Shown here in pieces: positions 22,317 to 33,641 of a stretch of DNA of 64,000 nt. The number at the start of each line of letters is the position of its first letter. The first letter of the stretch is position 1. Origin of the DNA: an uncultured Methanosarcinaceae archaeon (GTDB lineage: Archaea; Halobacteriota; Methanosarcinia; Methanosarcinales; Methanosarcinaceae); contig CAWHXP010000003.1 in assembly GCA_963833425.1 (NCBI GenBank), positions 448,001 through 512,000 on the forward strand, given 5' to 3'. The translations under genes and the position numbers were made by a program. The notes under the pieces are model-generated. The model did not search any database and had not been told where the DNA came from. It saw only the letters and a program-made list of their open reading frames with translations.

Positions 22317-22752
22317 GAGGACTCACCTTTTTAAATTTTGAACCCATTTTCTGGCTCACTTCACCAAGTTCTATATGTTTGTTGGAACTCAGAAATTTCC
22401 TATCGGCATCTTCAATGGTAACCACTTCAGCACTCTTTAGCTCGTAAGGGACACCTACATAGACTTTGAGCCTGGACATTGCATCCCTGCCTCTAGCTCT
22501 CTTATAGGGTAACATTCCACGAATAGTTCTCTTCAGGATGCGGTCTGGGCGCTTGGGAAAATAGGGGCCAAACTCTGTAGCCCCCCTTTCCCGGGTTTCC
22601 TTGTATTCTTTAAGGATGGTTGCCCTCGAGCCAGAAATTACAGCTTTTTCGGCATTTATAATATATATTTTCTTATCTTCTAAAAGCAGCTGTTTTGCAA
22701 CTTTACTTGCAAGACGTCCCAAAATAAGCCCATTTGCATCTATAACCTTCAT
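22300..22752 (-). CDS. rpl13: 50S ribosomal protein L13
   Basis: [28 protein letters not shown] at 22752. Confidence 0.96.
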   Translation of the reverse strand: MKVIDANGLILGRLASKVAKQLLLEDKKIYIINAEKAVISGSRATILKEYKETRERGATEFGPYFPKRPDRILKRTIRGMLPYKRARGRDAMSRLKVYVGVPYELKSAEVVTIEDADRKFLSSNKHIELGEVSQKMGSKFKKVSPHGQSS

Positions 22753-22765
22753 CTTCTCAAACCTC

Positions 22766-23146
22766 TCAACGGAAAATCCTAATACTGGACCCTTTTGGAT
22801 TTGCTTCCATGATTTCTTCGAGACTAAGACATTTACCACCTGCTTCAGTGATTTTTTTAATTGCTGATCCACTGAAGGTTACAGCCGAAACAGTTACCGG
22901 ATGATCAATGAGACCAGCGCCCAGAACTTTTCCTGGGATGAGCAGGACATCATGATTTGCAGTATGCCTGTTGATTTTACTTATGTTCACAGCTGCATAA
23001 TTTCTTGATGGTGCCTCGAGACGTTTCGCGATATCCTTCCAGATTGGGGCAGCATCTGTATTTGCCCTATCTTTCAGAGTAAGAATGAGGGACACTATTT
23101 TTGGATTTGTTTTTCTCGTAAGTTTTGTCAGCGAATTTTTACTCAA
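22766..23146 (-). CDS. rpl18e: 50S ribosomal protein L18e
   Basis: [23 protein letters not shown]. Confidence 0.96.
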   Translation of the reverse strand: MSKNSLTKLTRKTNPKIVSLILTLKDRANTDAAPIWKDIAKRLEAPSRNYAAVNISKINRHTANHDVLLIPGKVLGAGLIDHPVTVSAVTFSGSAIKKITEAGGKCLSLEEIMEANPKGSSIRIFR

Positions 23147-23902
23147 TGTATGTTCCTCCGCAAGATTTGTAATTTATATTTAAACCTTACTCACGCGGGA
23201 AAAACTCCCTTCGCGTTCGAACATTTCTATAGTGTCTATTCTAAAACACTAAGCTTGGAAATGGTGAATTAAAAATCAAGTGATAAGTCGGAATTGGTAT
23301 GTTCTGAATAACATTTCTAGTACATAAAGATTATGTGCATCGGTTCTGTGAAGTCTTCGGGGATAGACCCTTAGAAATAGAGTTGTAAAAACTTTGGAGA
23401 TTTTGTTGAGAAAACTGTAGTGCTTCTTTAAGGGTTATAGTGATTTAATATTAAAATTATTTAAAAATTATAATGTTAAAACACGGATTTGGATGATTTT
23501 AAATCCAGTGAAATTATAAAGAAATAAATAAATATGATTATTTATCTGAAATCTGGTGGCATGAATAAATGATGTCGAATGCAAAGATGGTGTTGTTTTA
23601 GCAGGCAATAAAAGGGTAAATCAGAGATACTGAATATTCGGAAGAAAAGAAGATTTCCATAAATTGAGCGTTTAATTGTATCATTGAGATTAGTTTCCAG
23701 ACAGAGTTTATACTGTTCTTTTACATCTTCATTACAACCAATCTCTAAAGGAAAATTCAATAAGTTGTTTGAACACTTTAGACACATATAAAGCTTATAA
23801 AAAATTCATGACGAAAATCATCATCCTAAAGTGAAGAAGTGTAAATGAATAAAATATAATAATATGGAGCATAGCAAAAGAATTCTAGAAAATGATTGAA
23901 CA

Positions 23903-24448
23903 TTGGCAAGGACTAAGAAACGAATTGCTTGGATAGAAATATATGATAAAGGGGTTGAATTTATTAATGAGGTAAACGAGCAAAAATTTAATGTTCGATT
24001 AATCGAGAAAAACGAAAAAAATATAGAAGCAGTACTTAAAATTGATTATGATGCTTTCAATGGGAATTTACTTAATAATTGGTCATTAGTACCTTATATC
24101 CGATATGGACATGTTTTAGGTCTCTTTGCTTGTAATTCCTTGAAAGGTTTTGCTATATTTATGAAAAAATGGGATAATCCCAGATTTGCTTATTTAGTAG
24201 AAATAGCAGTAGAGGAAGAAAGTCAAGGAAGAGGGTATGGATGCTATCTATTATTACAATCTCTATTTCACTTAAAAAAGAACGGATTATCTATTGTTTT
24301 TATAACTGTTGATCCAAACAATTCACGTGCTCTATATATTTACCGCGAAAAATTTGGATTCGAATTTGTAGAATATCGGAAGAATGGATATGGACAAGGA
24401 CGAGACAGATTATTCCTAAGATTAAACTTGGATAATTGGACCCCATAA
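23903..24448 (+). CDS. GNAT family N-acetyltransferase (RimI-like)
   Basis: IAV....QGRGYG acetyl-CoA motif, VDPNNSRAL.IY..KFGF. Confidence 0.88.
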   Translation: MARTKKRIAWIEIYDKGVEFINEVNEQKFNVRLIEKNEKNIEAVLKIDYDAFNGNLLNNWSLVPYIRYGHVLGLFACNSLKGFAIFMKKWDNPRFAYLVEIAVEEESQGRGYGCYLLLQSLFHLKKNGLSIVFITVDPNNSRALYIYREKFGFEFVEYRKNGYGQGRDRLFLRLNLDNWTP

Positions 24449-24841
24449 CTCTCGGATTGTTCTTTATAACATAGAATAGGTTACTAGAATCTCCACAAAA
24501 TTTTTTAGTTGCTGGGCTTTTAATTGCCTTTGATTAGGCAGTGTTTTAACGTGAATTGCCATTTTTATGCATAGTCGTTTTTTTGTGTTAAAACCTATGT
24601 ATTTTTTATTGTATAGCTTAAATTATGAAGTAATTTATACTTGATTGGACAAAAAAAATACATCGTTTTTATTAAAAGTAGATGTTATATGAGAGAGCAA
24701 AAATTGTTAGATAAGATCGCGAAGGATAAAAAATAAATGAAAATTAAATAACTATTCAACCTATCAATTGGATTTTTTCAAGCTTTCTAGTTAAATGTCC
24801 CTTCCCTTATCAGATATTTTTTTGTGCTTCATTGTATTTTC

Positions 24842-25030
24842 CTAATCCATATAGAGTATTACCTTTTCCGTTCCAAGGAAAAAAAAATCATGTGGGTTAA
24901 TTTCAATTGCTTGGTCATATGCTTTTATTGCTTCTTCATACTTGCTCAAATTATCAACAGCAGATCCTTTATTGTACCAAGCATCTGAGTCCTGCGTCGC
25001 TCCTGCGATCTCTGCTAAGCATAATCCCAT
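24842..25030 (-). pseudogene. TPR protein remnant
   Basis: Single TPR (AWYNKG...EEAIKAYDQAIEINPH) followed by a frameshift; similar to 4..675. Confidence 0.7.
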
Positions 25031-25074
25031 TAAATAAAGGATTAAGCAAGCAAATCAAAATGTAAAATAATTTT

Positions 25075-25096
25075 TATATATATATATATATATATA
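25075..25096. repeat. (TA)11 dinucleotide tract
   Basis: tatatatatatatatatatata. Confidence 0.95.
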
Positions 25097-25247
25097 GATA
25101 TATCTAGTAGAGGTATGTACTTTGATTGATATCCATGTTGATTAGACAATCTAGCTCTTGATCACTGCTAAAGCATGGATTGTGAATTTTCTTTGAATTT
25201 ATCAATCGTCCAACACCTAAATTTCAGTAAAAATTAATGCTTAAACT

Positions 25248-26100
25248 GGTTCCGTTGCAAAAAATTATGAGGGGGATTTACTGAAATAAGTGAAAATTTA
25301 GGAGTATATCTTATGCCAGTAAATTTCTTTAAATGGAAACATTATGAAGGAGAAAATTATCTTATTAAACGTAAGATGGTTTTAAAATATGCATTAAGCT
25401 ATAGAAATTTAAATGAAATGATTCAGAAAGGGGAATAAAAGTCGACCATACAACAATCATGAGATGGGTACACCAATATTCACCTGAAATAAAAAAGAAG
25501 ATAAAAAAGCACTTAAGACCAACTAATGATTCATGGAGAGTTGATGAAACTTATATAAAAGTAAAAGGTAAATGGAAATATATTTCCAGAGCAATTGACT
25601 CAGATGGAAACACAATCGATTTCTTGCTAAGCTCAAAACGAAATAAAAAAACTGCAAAGAGATTCCTTAAGAAAGCTTTAGGTTCACATCACAATCAAAT
25701 GCCAAAAGTAATAACAGTTGATAAGAATCCAGCTTATCCGATAGCCATTGATGAATTGAAAAATAAAAACAGTTCTCTAGAAGTGTTGAAATTAGACAAG
25801 TAAAACATTTGAATAACATTATAGAACAAAATCATAGATCTATAAAGCGGATAATTGCTCCAATGATGAGCTTCCAGTCTTTTCGCTCACAAGCAAGACT
25901 TTAAAAGGAATTGAAGCTATGAATATGGTTAAAAAAAGACAAGTCAATAATATAAATTATTCTGGTCTTAATGAAGCTAAAAATATTTATAAATTATTTA
26001 GAATAGTTCTATGAATATTGGTACATTCCCTCGAATATTTTGACTTTTGTTCATAATCCATATATTCACATTCCTATTCTGATATTTTTGCAACAGAACC
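25248..26100 (+). mobile_element. IS6-family insertion sequence, ~850 bp, transposase frameshifted
   Basis: TIRs GGTTCCGTTGCAAAAA / reverse complement of TTTTTGCAACAGAACC; transposase FKWKHY, MRWVHQY, SWRVDETYIKVKGKW, VDKNPAYP, LNNIIEQNHR. Confidence 0.93.
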
Positions 26101-26129
26101 AAAAATTTTGCAAATTGCCCTCTTGATAT

Positions 26130-26700
26130 ATAACTTTGGCCAATTGGGCTGAATCGCCAATAAAATACAATTCCGCTTGTGAGACCCACACGACCACAGC
26201 TAAATTTGTTTGCGCTGATTATGCCCATCATTTTAAATTTCGACACTTTGTGGGATATGGAGGCTAATGAACGTGGTTGTTTTTCTCCAAATCGGCACAT
26301 ATCTGCATAGATCCAGTACACATCACCGATAACAATGAATTTTCTTTTTTAAGATATTTTTCGGCATTCAACATGGCCAGCAAAATAAATTTTTCATGAA
26401 AAGGCATGTTCAATACAAACTGCAGTCTGACATTTTCTTTTATTTATTTATGCTGCATCATTACATAACCAGGCTAAACATTTTCACACTTTGTTTTTAT
26501 AGCGATATTACCAGCTGTCTGTAGTAAGAAAATTGCTCGTCTAGCATCACCTTCATCATTTGCAGATTCTTCAGCACATAGCTCAAATGTGCTTTTAAAA
26601 ACTACATCCGGATAAAATGCCAACGGAACTCTGCTATTCAAAATATCTATTAATTGTACTTTATTATAAGGTGGAAAGTCGTTTCTCGCTGCATTGATGA
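26130..26700 (-). pseudogene. cdc6: Orc1/Cdc6 replication initiator C-terminal remnant
   Basis: FPPYNKVQLIDILNSR..AF...GDARRAIFLL.TAG followed by a degenerate winged helix (VYWIY..MC...GII....GRVGLT); in-frame stops; Walker A/B half missing. Confidence 0.8.
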
Positions 26701-26721
26701 ATTTTGACTTAATTGAGTTTC

Positions 26722-26840
26722 ATCAATTAAGAAATCAATTTCAGCAAGTTTGCCTCCAGTTAATTGAAGGAATTTGTATCGATATTAAAGAGCAAATCAG
26801 AAAAGTTTTCGAGAGTAAAAATTATTGTTAAGAGATTTAA
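26722..26840 (+). repeat. Left arm of ~120-bp inverted repeat
   Basis: Near-identical reverse complement at 27946-28067. Confidence 0.93.
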
Positions 26841-27010
26841 TATCTCAAATAATCAAATGCATAGAAATCAATCGGAATTCTCGATATCGTAAATATAAAA
26901 TTAATTTAGATATATATTAGTAAACTATATATTGGTTTAATTATAACATTGTACTTATACAATTAATCCTAAAAATTGTGTGAATCCCTCATAAAAAAGG
27001 AGTTAAATAA

Positions 27011-27409
27011 ATGTTGAAACAATTATCTGGAAGAATGGAAAAGATACTAGCAGTTTTGCTGGCATTACTTTTTGTAGTATCGTTGACAGCAGTGGCATCT
27101 AATGCAAGTGACGCCTGGGATGGTTGGGGAGGATCTGGATCTGGATGGGGTTATGGCTATTCCTATGTATACCCCAGCTACCCTAATTACCCTAACTACC
27201 CCAACTACCCCAGTTACCCTAACTACACTAGTTACCCTAATTATCCAAACTACCCCAACTACCCTAGTTATCCTAACTACACTAGTTACCCTAATTATCC
27301 TAACTACACTAGTTACCCTAATTATCCTAACTACCCCAGTTATCCTAATTATCCTAACTACCCTAGTTATCCAAACTACCCTAACTACCCTTACATAGCT
27401 TCATATTGA
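27011..27409 (+). CDS. Small secreted protein with (YPN/YPS/YTS)n tripeptide repeats
   Basis: AGGAG RBS, signal peptide (ILAVLLALLFVVSLTAVASNA), Gly/Trp/Tyr linker, ~25 Y-P-x tripeptides. Confidence 0.85.
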   Translation: MLKQLSGRMEKILAVLLALLFVVSLTAVASNASDAWDGWGGSGSGWGYGYSYVYPSYPNYPNYPNYPSYPNYTSYPNYPNYPNYPSYPNYTSYPNYPNYTSYPNYPNYPSYPNYPNYPSYPNYPNYPYIASY

Positions 27410-27945
27410 TGGCTCCAACTTCAGCTCTACCTCAATAAAACGGCGAATTACAAGTCGTAAATTTATTAATTACAAAAATAACATTAGATCAAATGACATC
27501 TTTTACAGAGATATTTTACAGAGAATTCCGATTTACATCGAATTTTTTCCCATGGGAACCTTATCAAAATCTTTCCCGTCAATTTATTTATTTTCCTTAT
27601 TTTTTTCTCCTCGCTCATTATTCCTTGATTTTAAAGAGAAATTCCAATAATTGGTAACGTATGGTTGAGCGGTACTAAAATATACATAAATCAAATAAGT
27701 TCCTTACTGCCCGTATGCAACGCATTTTAAGGAAATCTTCGCTTACAACGGAGACATGATTCAAATCATACATCAAGATTATTGCTTCGATTGTTCAATC
27801 TTCTTCCAATTCTTTCCGGAAATACGTATCAATCTTCCTATAATCTTTTGTTGCAGTCGTTTGCATACGTCTTCTATTAAGTGAGGAATCGTGATAAATT
27901 AAGAGAGAATTGCAATAAACCCTATACAGTCGAAAAATGTGGAGT

Positions 27946-28067
27946 TTAAAATCTCTCAACAATAATTTTTGCTCATGAAAACTTTTTCTGATTTGCTCTT
28001 TAATATCGATACAAATTCCTTCAATTAACTGGAGGCAAATTTGCTGAAATTGATTTCTTAAATTGAT
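27946..28067 (-). repeat. Right arm of ~120-bp inverted repeat
   Basis: Reverse complement of 26722-26840 with few mismatches/indels. Confidence 0.93.
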
Positions 28068-28149
28068 TGGAAATACTTTCATATCATTATTTAGTCGATT
28101 TATTTTAACAAAACAATTTAATGTAGCATATTTGAAGCTAACATTATAT

Positions 28150-29049
28150 TATGTTTAGACTTATTTTTTTACAGCAATGTCATGGTCTTTCCGACTTTGC
28201 AATTGAGAAACAATGTTATGATCGAATTTCTTTAAGGAAATTTCTTAGTGTTCCTTAGTACATTTCAGATAGTAACACAGGCTATTCATTCAGAAAAAGA
28301 ATTATTGATAACAGCGAAGAAGAAGAAATGTGGAGGCATTTTCAAAGCCAACTTTATTGCCTTGTTTTGAAAATAAAAAAAATTAAATGATTCAGGAAGA
28401 TGTTTTTATCCATTCAGATCCTGACATTCAAAAGCTGATAAACTTCGAAAAGTGAAGCGAAGAACAGGAAAGCATAGATGGAAATCAACCAAAAATGAAT
28501 CGTAAGTTTCACTTTGGATATAAATTCCATAGCTAATAGACGGGAATTATGAGCTGATCAGAAGATTCAAAATAACAATTGCAACATTTCACGATTCGTA
28601 TGCAGATTTCTCAGAAAAAAAATAAAGCAATTTATAGAACAGAGTAATACTTTGAAGCAAAATCAAAAAGTCATGATGCAACAATGAAAAGAGCAGTAGA
28701 AGAATATCAGCTGGGAAAAAATGCTGCATCAAGAAAGAAGAGAATTAGCTCAAAAAGAGCTACAAGGAAACGAGTTTATGCAGTAACTAAAGAGATATTC
28801 AAAGCGGGAAAAATTCTTTTCATTACTGTTCAAAGAGTGAATCGGAAGATGTTGTTTACAGCTTTTTCTTATAATCTCTATCTTTGATGACGTTAGATAT
28901 AGAAGGATTATTTCTAGGATAGCAGAATCTGTAGTTGAAATCAAAGAATAATGAATCCGAAAAGAAAAGAATAGAGTTAGATACAGAAATTAGTGGGAAA
29001 GGGAAAGGATTACTTCCGATAAAAAATTAGAGATACATTGGAATCCCCC
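28150..29049 (+). mobile_element. IS5-family element remnant (degenerate transposase plus right end)
   Basis: LQQCHGLSDFAIEKQCYDRISLRKFL, HFGYKFH, ATFHDS, RISSKRATRKRVYAVTKEIF; end AAATTAGAGATACATTGGAATCCCC. Confidence 0.8.
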
Positions 29050-29427
29050 TATTCCTTACAATTTTGCAGCTATTAGTTTGCAATTTATCGTACCTGAATT
29101 CTGGGATATACACAGATAAGCAATTTATTTGGCCATTTATTCGTCATCATTCATTGAAAGTTGGATTAATTCCTAAGCTACGGTAATATTGAGAAAATAG
29201 ATAACATTCTTGAGATATTGAAGAAAAGGGGCATTACTACTAAATTACATTCTCCAGTTAGGGTCCTCAAGACAAAGAGAATAAATCCAACAAGATCTGA
29301 ATCTAATAAGTTACAAAGCCTCAGGTTTCAGCAATTGCAAAAAATTATTTTTATAAGAACTTGAATGTCTGTAACGACTTGAAATTTGTGTTTGGCTGAA
29401 GATCTGTATTTTATTAGTATCCCTCTT

Positions 29428-29509
29428 GAAAATTTAGACAAACCTTCAATTTTGTCATGTGCTATGCGATAAGTGACTCGTGAAAATAAGAAGTTATCTA
29501 AATCACCTC
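29428..29509 (+). repeat. MITE-like repeat family A (~85 bp)
   Basis: Shares GACTCGTGAAAATAAGAAG..ATC.AAATC with 52338-52425 and other copies. Confidence 0.7.
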
Positions 29510-29629
29510 TTGAACCTAATTTATTGTAAAAGATGCATTTCGGAGTTTGCAATAAAAACTGAAATATCATGAAACTCCGAAGCTGCATGATAGAATTATT
29601 TTATTAATGTCTCGAATGGAGGCTTAAAA

Positions 29630-30998
29630 ATGGATGAAAAAATTGTGCTCTGCCTTGAGGAGTTAAATAGAGAACTCAACGATTTTGAAAAAAATGATAT
29701 CAGTGCAGAGTATAATAAATGTCTTGCCTTCCGCGCGCCGCAAGATGTTTCAAAAGAGAGTATCCTACGCAATTTAGGAGAAAAAACGAAAGTCCTAAAG
29801 GTAAAGGATCTTTCAGCTAACCTGAAGAATTTAGAAATTACCGGCAGTATCCTGGACCTTGGAGAAAAAACAATCCGTCCTCAGGATAGAACTAAGGAAG
29901 AAACTTATAAGATTTATATTTGGGGCCTTGCAGATGAAACGGGTTCGGTTATGTTTTCATCATGGAAATATCTCCCAGGTTCGATAGGAGATATAGTCAC
30001 TATCAAAAACGCTTATATACGCGCTTGGCAGAAAAAGATCAGACTTTTTATCGGGAAACAAGCTCTTGTATCGAAAATTGCTGACTCGTCGCTTATGAAA
30101 CTATCTAAGCTTTCCGAGAGCCAGTCAAAAAAGTTGCTAGATATCGGAGCTACGATTTCTTCCTTTGGGACTGTAGCCTGCGTTCTTCAGCTTTCAAACA
30201 AGGAGGTGCTGGTTAGGAGGGCATAGGTTTAGAGTTGTATAAGGTGTTCTCGCGGATGAGACTGGAAGAGTGCCTTTCACATCCTGGATTGAGCTTCCGA
30301 AGATTGATCTCGGGAGTATAATCCACATAGAAGGAGCTCAGATCCGATGTTCAGGGGAATACCTTCAGTCAACATCCTGACTGCACAAAAGTTTCTTCTA
30401 TTGAGCTGGAAGAGGCCAGAAAACTTGCCTTCACCTTCGAATCCGTAGGAAAAGATCCTGCTCTATTAGAATCGAATAAATTGTCTCAAAAGGCATTATG
30501 TTCGATGTTATCACAGCGGGAAATGTGATTTTAGTCCAACCAAGCTCAGGTATTACCTCCCGCTGCCCAAAATGTGACCGTGCGATCCAAAAAGCAAGCT
30601 TCAGGGCTCATGACAAGGTAGAAGGCCTAAGGGACATGCGGATCAACGCCATACTTGATGACGGAACAGGATCCATTTCAGTTATGTTCCCTAGAGAATT
30701 TTCTGAAATTATTTATGGAAAAACCCTTGAAGAAACCGAAAAGCTAATTTTTTCTGATGTCTCTAAAGATGCGGTCTACGAAGACTTAATATATTCCCTT
30801 ACAGGCCGCTACATTGCAGTTAGTGGGAATTCCTCTAAAGGCGAATATGGAATTTTCTTAGTAGCTGAAAAAGCCTGGGTACCTGAAGATGATCTTGTGG
30901 TAAGGGTATTGGAATTGCTTCACAGGCTCTGGCCGGATGAAGAAGATGTGCAGGACAGGAATTCACAGGTTTCCAGTGGGAGAGTAGGCTTTGTTTAA
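29630..30998 (+). pseudogene. rpa: Replication protein A (multi-OB-fold + Zn finger), disrupted
   Basis: OB-fold motifs (LADETGS/LADETGR, LDDGTGS), RCPKCDR zinc ribbon; broken by stops at ~30226-30242 and frameshifts. Confidence 0.85.
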
Positions 30999-31608
30999 AC
31001 GAGAGGTTGCAAAAACTCTTTTTGCAAGAAAATTTGAAGCTTTTAGAGAGCTTGAAAAATCAGTAATCTCTGATTCTGAAGCAGCTGATTCAAAAAATCC
31101 GAATCTTTTTATTAGCCCTGTTGGCCTCATTCTCAATCGTGTATTCATTGTTGGAGTGATCACGAGACTGCAGAGCAGACAATTGAGAGACTCGAGGCTT
31201 TTTCTGAAGCTCTGGCTAGCGGATATCATGGAGAAAAAAAAATCAGGGAATACTTGATCAAGAGAGGGATTTCTTCAGATCTTGCAGAAGGAATTTCCAT
31301 CGAACTCGAAAAGGAACACCCTCCTCAGGAATTTATGAAATTGCTTCGAGTTTCAATCAGAGAAAGTCTCCAGATCCTTAAATTTTGATCAAGAGGGTAA
31401 TGCAGGATCCAAGGCTGATCAGAAAGAGTTTGTGCTTGAGCTACTTAGAGAAATAGGTGGACACAGAGGAGTTGACTACGCAGCTTTTGTGAACACAGCA
31501 ATTTCCAATGGGATTACTTACCAATCTATAGATGAAGTTGTTCGTTCTCTCCTTGCAGATGGCCAGTGTTACGAACCGAAAATAGGAATAATCAGACTCA
31601 TCAGTTGA
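30991..31608 (+). pseudogene. RPA-associated OB-fold protein, deleted/frameshifted
   Basis: KREVAK.LFA..F, PN..ISP.G...NRVFIVGVIT; C-terminal winged helix LLADGQCYEPKIGIIRL in another frame. Confidence 0.75.
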
Positions 31609-31751
31609 TTGTGTAGTCCAGATTAACTTTGATAAATACCGAGATGATTCTAACTTTCTTTAAACATAGGTGATAATGCTTAAGTGTGATTAAGTTGATT
31701 TATTTCTTTGTTAAAATTTAATGGATCAAGTTTATCTTATTTATTGGAGAA

Positions 31752-33329
31752 ATGGACATGAAAATATTGGTCAGCGACTCACTTTCTAACGAAGGATTGG
31801 AGATATTAAAAGAACATTTTGAAGTTGAAGTGTCCTTAGGGCTTTCAGAGGAAGAGCTTGTGAAAAAAATCAAAGAATTTGATGCCCTTGTAATACGAAG
31901 TGGAACTCAGGTCACTCAGAAAATTATCGAAGCTGCCGACAACCTGAAAGTAATTGGAAGGGCTGGGGTTGGAGTTGACAACGTTGATGTGGATGCAGCT
32001 ACCAAAAAAGGCATCATTGTGACTAACGCTCCAGAGGGCAATATGATTTCGGCCGCAGAGCACACTATTGCTATGATGATGGCAATGTCCAGAAACATCC
32101 CGCAGGCAAATGCATCCCTGAAAGCAAGAGAATGGAAGCGCAATAAATTTACGGGTACTGAAGTCAAGGGTAAGACCCTGGGGATCATAGGTCTTGGAAG
32201 AATTGGTTCCGAAGTCGCAAAAAGATCTTTGGGACTCGAAATGAACCTTATAGGATACGATCCATTTATCTCAGAAAAAAGAGCTGCTGAACTCGGTGTA
32301 AAACTTTCAACAGTTGATGAAATCGCAAAGGTGGCTGATTATATCACGGTGCACACTCCTTTAATTAAAGAGACCAAAAACATTATCGATGAAGAACAGT
32401 TTGATCTGATGAAACCCGGTGTAAAGATCATCAACTGCGCTCGCGGTGGCATTATCAACGAAGAAGCCCTAGCAAAGGCTCTTGAAAGCGGAAAAATAGG
32501 GGGTGCAGCGTTAGATGTATTCGTTGAGGAACCTCCTTTTAACAATCCTCTCCTTCATTTTGACAATGTCATAGTAACCCCACATCTTGGAGCCTCCACA
32601 CAGGAAGCTCAGATCAACGTGGCAATGGATATTGCAAAGGAAATAGTATCTGTCCTTACAGGCGGGATGGCAAAGAATGCAATCAATATTCCATCTATAA
32701 AACCAGAAGCTATGGCGATCCTTGCTCCTTACATTAGGCTCTCGGAGATCATGGGTAAAATTGCAGGGCAGCTTGCAGATGGCAATTATGAAAAGGTGGA
32801 AATCGCATACAATGGAGAAATTTCAGGGAAAGATACCAGACCACTTACTGTTTCTGCTCTCAAAGGGTTGCTTGAAATGGCTCTTGGGTCGGGAGTTAAT
32901 TATGTCAATGCTCCTACCCTTGCAAAGTCCAGAAAAGTTGCAGTCGTGGAAAGTAAATCCGAATCTTCTGAGGAATACTCTTCGACCGTTAGTATCAGGC
33001 TTATTAGTAGTGAGCTGACAAAACTGGTTGCTGGAACTGTTGTCGGAGACGAGTCAAAGATCATTTCAGTTGACGAGGACAAGATGGATATTTTCCCTGC
33101 AGGGCGTATGATTTTTGCCAAGCACATCAATAAGCCGAACGTAATCGGACCATGTTGCATGGTTCTAGGCAAAAATGACATTAATATATCAGGCATGCAA
33201 GTTGGTAGATCTGAAATCGGAGGCGTTACCATGATGGTACTTAATGTAGACTCTGAAGTCTCTTCTCCGATTCTTGAAGAAGTACGAAGGATTCCTGGAA
33301 TACTCAATGCCAAACTTGTAACACTTTGA
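31752..33329 (+). CDS. serA: D-3-phosphoglycerate dehydrogenase
   Basis: RAGVGVDNVD, GLGRIG, NCARGG, TPHLGAST, C-terminal ASB/ACT domains. Confidence 0.97.
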   Translation: MDMKILVSDSLSNEGLEILKEHFEVEVSLGLSEEELVKKIKEFDALVIRSGTQVTQKIIEAADNLKVIGRAGVGVDNVDVDAATKKGIIVTNAPEGNMISAAEHTIAMMMAMSRNIPQANASLKAREWKRNKFTGTEVKGKTLGIIGLGRIGSEVAKRSLGLEMNLIGYDPFISEKRAAELGVKLSTVDEIAKVADYITVHTPLIKETKNIIDEEQFDLMKPGVKIINCARGGIINEEALAKALESGKIGGAALDVFVEEPPFNNPLLHFDNVIVTPHLGASTQEAQINVAMDIAKEIVSVLTGGMAKNAINIPSIKPEAMAILAPYIRLSEIMGKIAGQLADGNYEKVEIAYNGEISGKDTRPLTVSALKGLLEMALGSGVNYVNAPTLAKSRKVAVVESKSESSEEYSSTVSIRLISSELTKLVAGTVVGDESKIISVDEDKMDIFPAGRMIFAKHINKPNVIGPCCMVLGKNDINISGMQVGRSEIGGVTMMVLNVDSEVSSPILEEVRRIPGILNAKLVTL

Positions 33330-33641
33330 ACTTTTCCTTGACAAGAAAAGCAAGCTTCTACAACTGTAATACAGAAGTCACATCAAAAATAATTTAAAAT
33401 TTGTGCGAAATAGCACTATAATCAACTGTAGTTAAATAAATTTTGAAAAATCTTTTCTTCGGCACAAGCTCAAAATGAGAATTCTCACCAGAGCTTTTAA
33501 AATTTCCCTGAACTGCGTCTAAGAAACCTGTTATATCGCTATTAACGGTATAATTGATTATTGTACTGTCGATTGTATCATGAATCTATTATACCGAAGT
33601 TTTGTTATACTTTGATCTACTTCAAAATATCAGTTTTTTTA

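Noticed and set aside
27170..27395. 9-bp tandem repeat as CRISPR or telomere-like DNA
   Set aside because: In-frame coding repeat with synonymous variation and no spacers.
30224..30242. Pyrrolysine (TAG) read-through rescuing RPA
   Set aside because: An in-frame TAA follows within five codons and further frameshifts exist.
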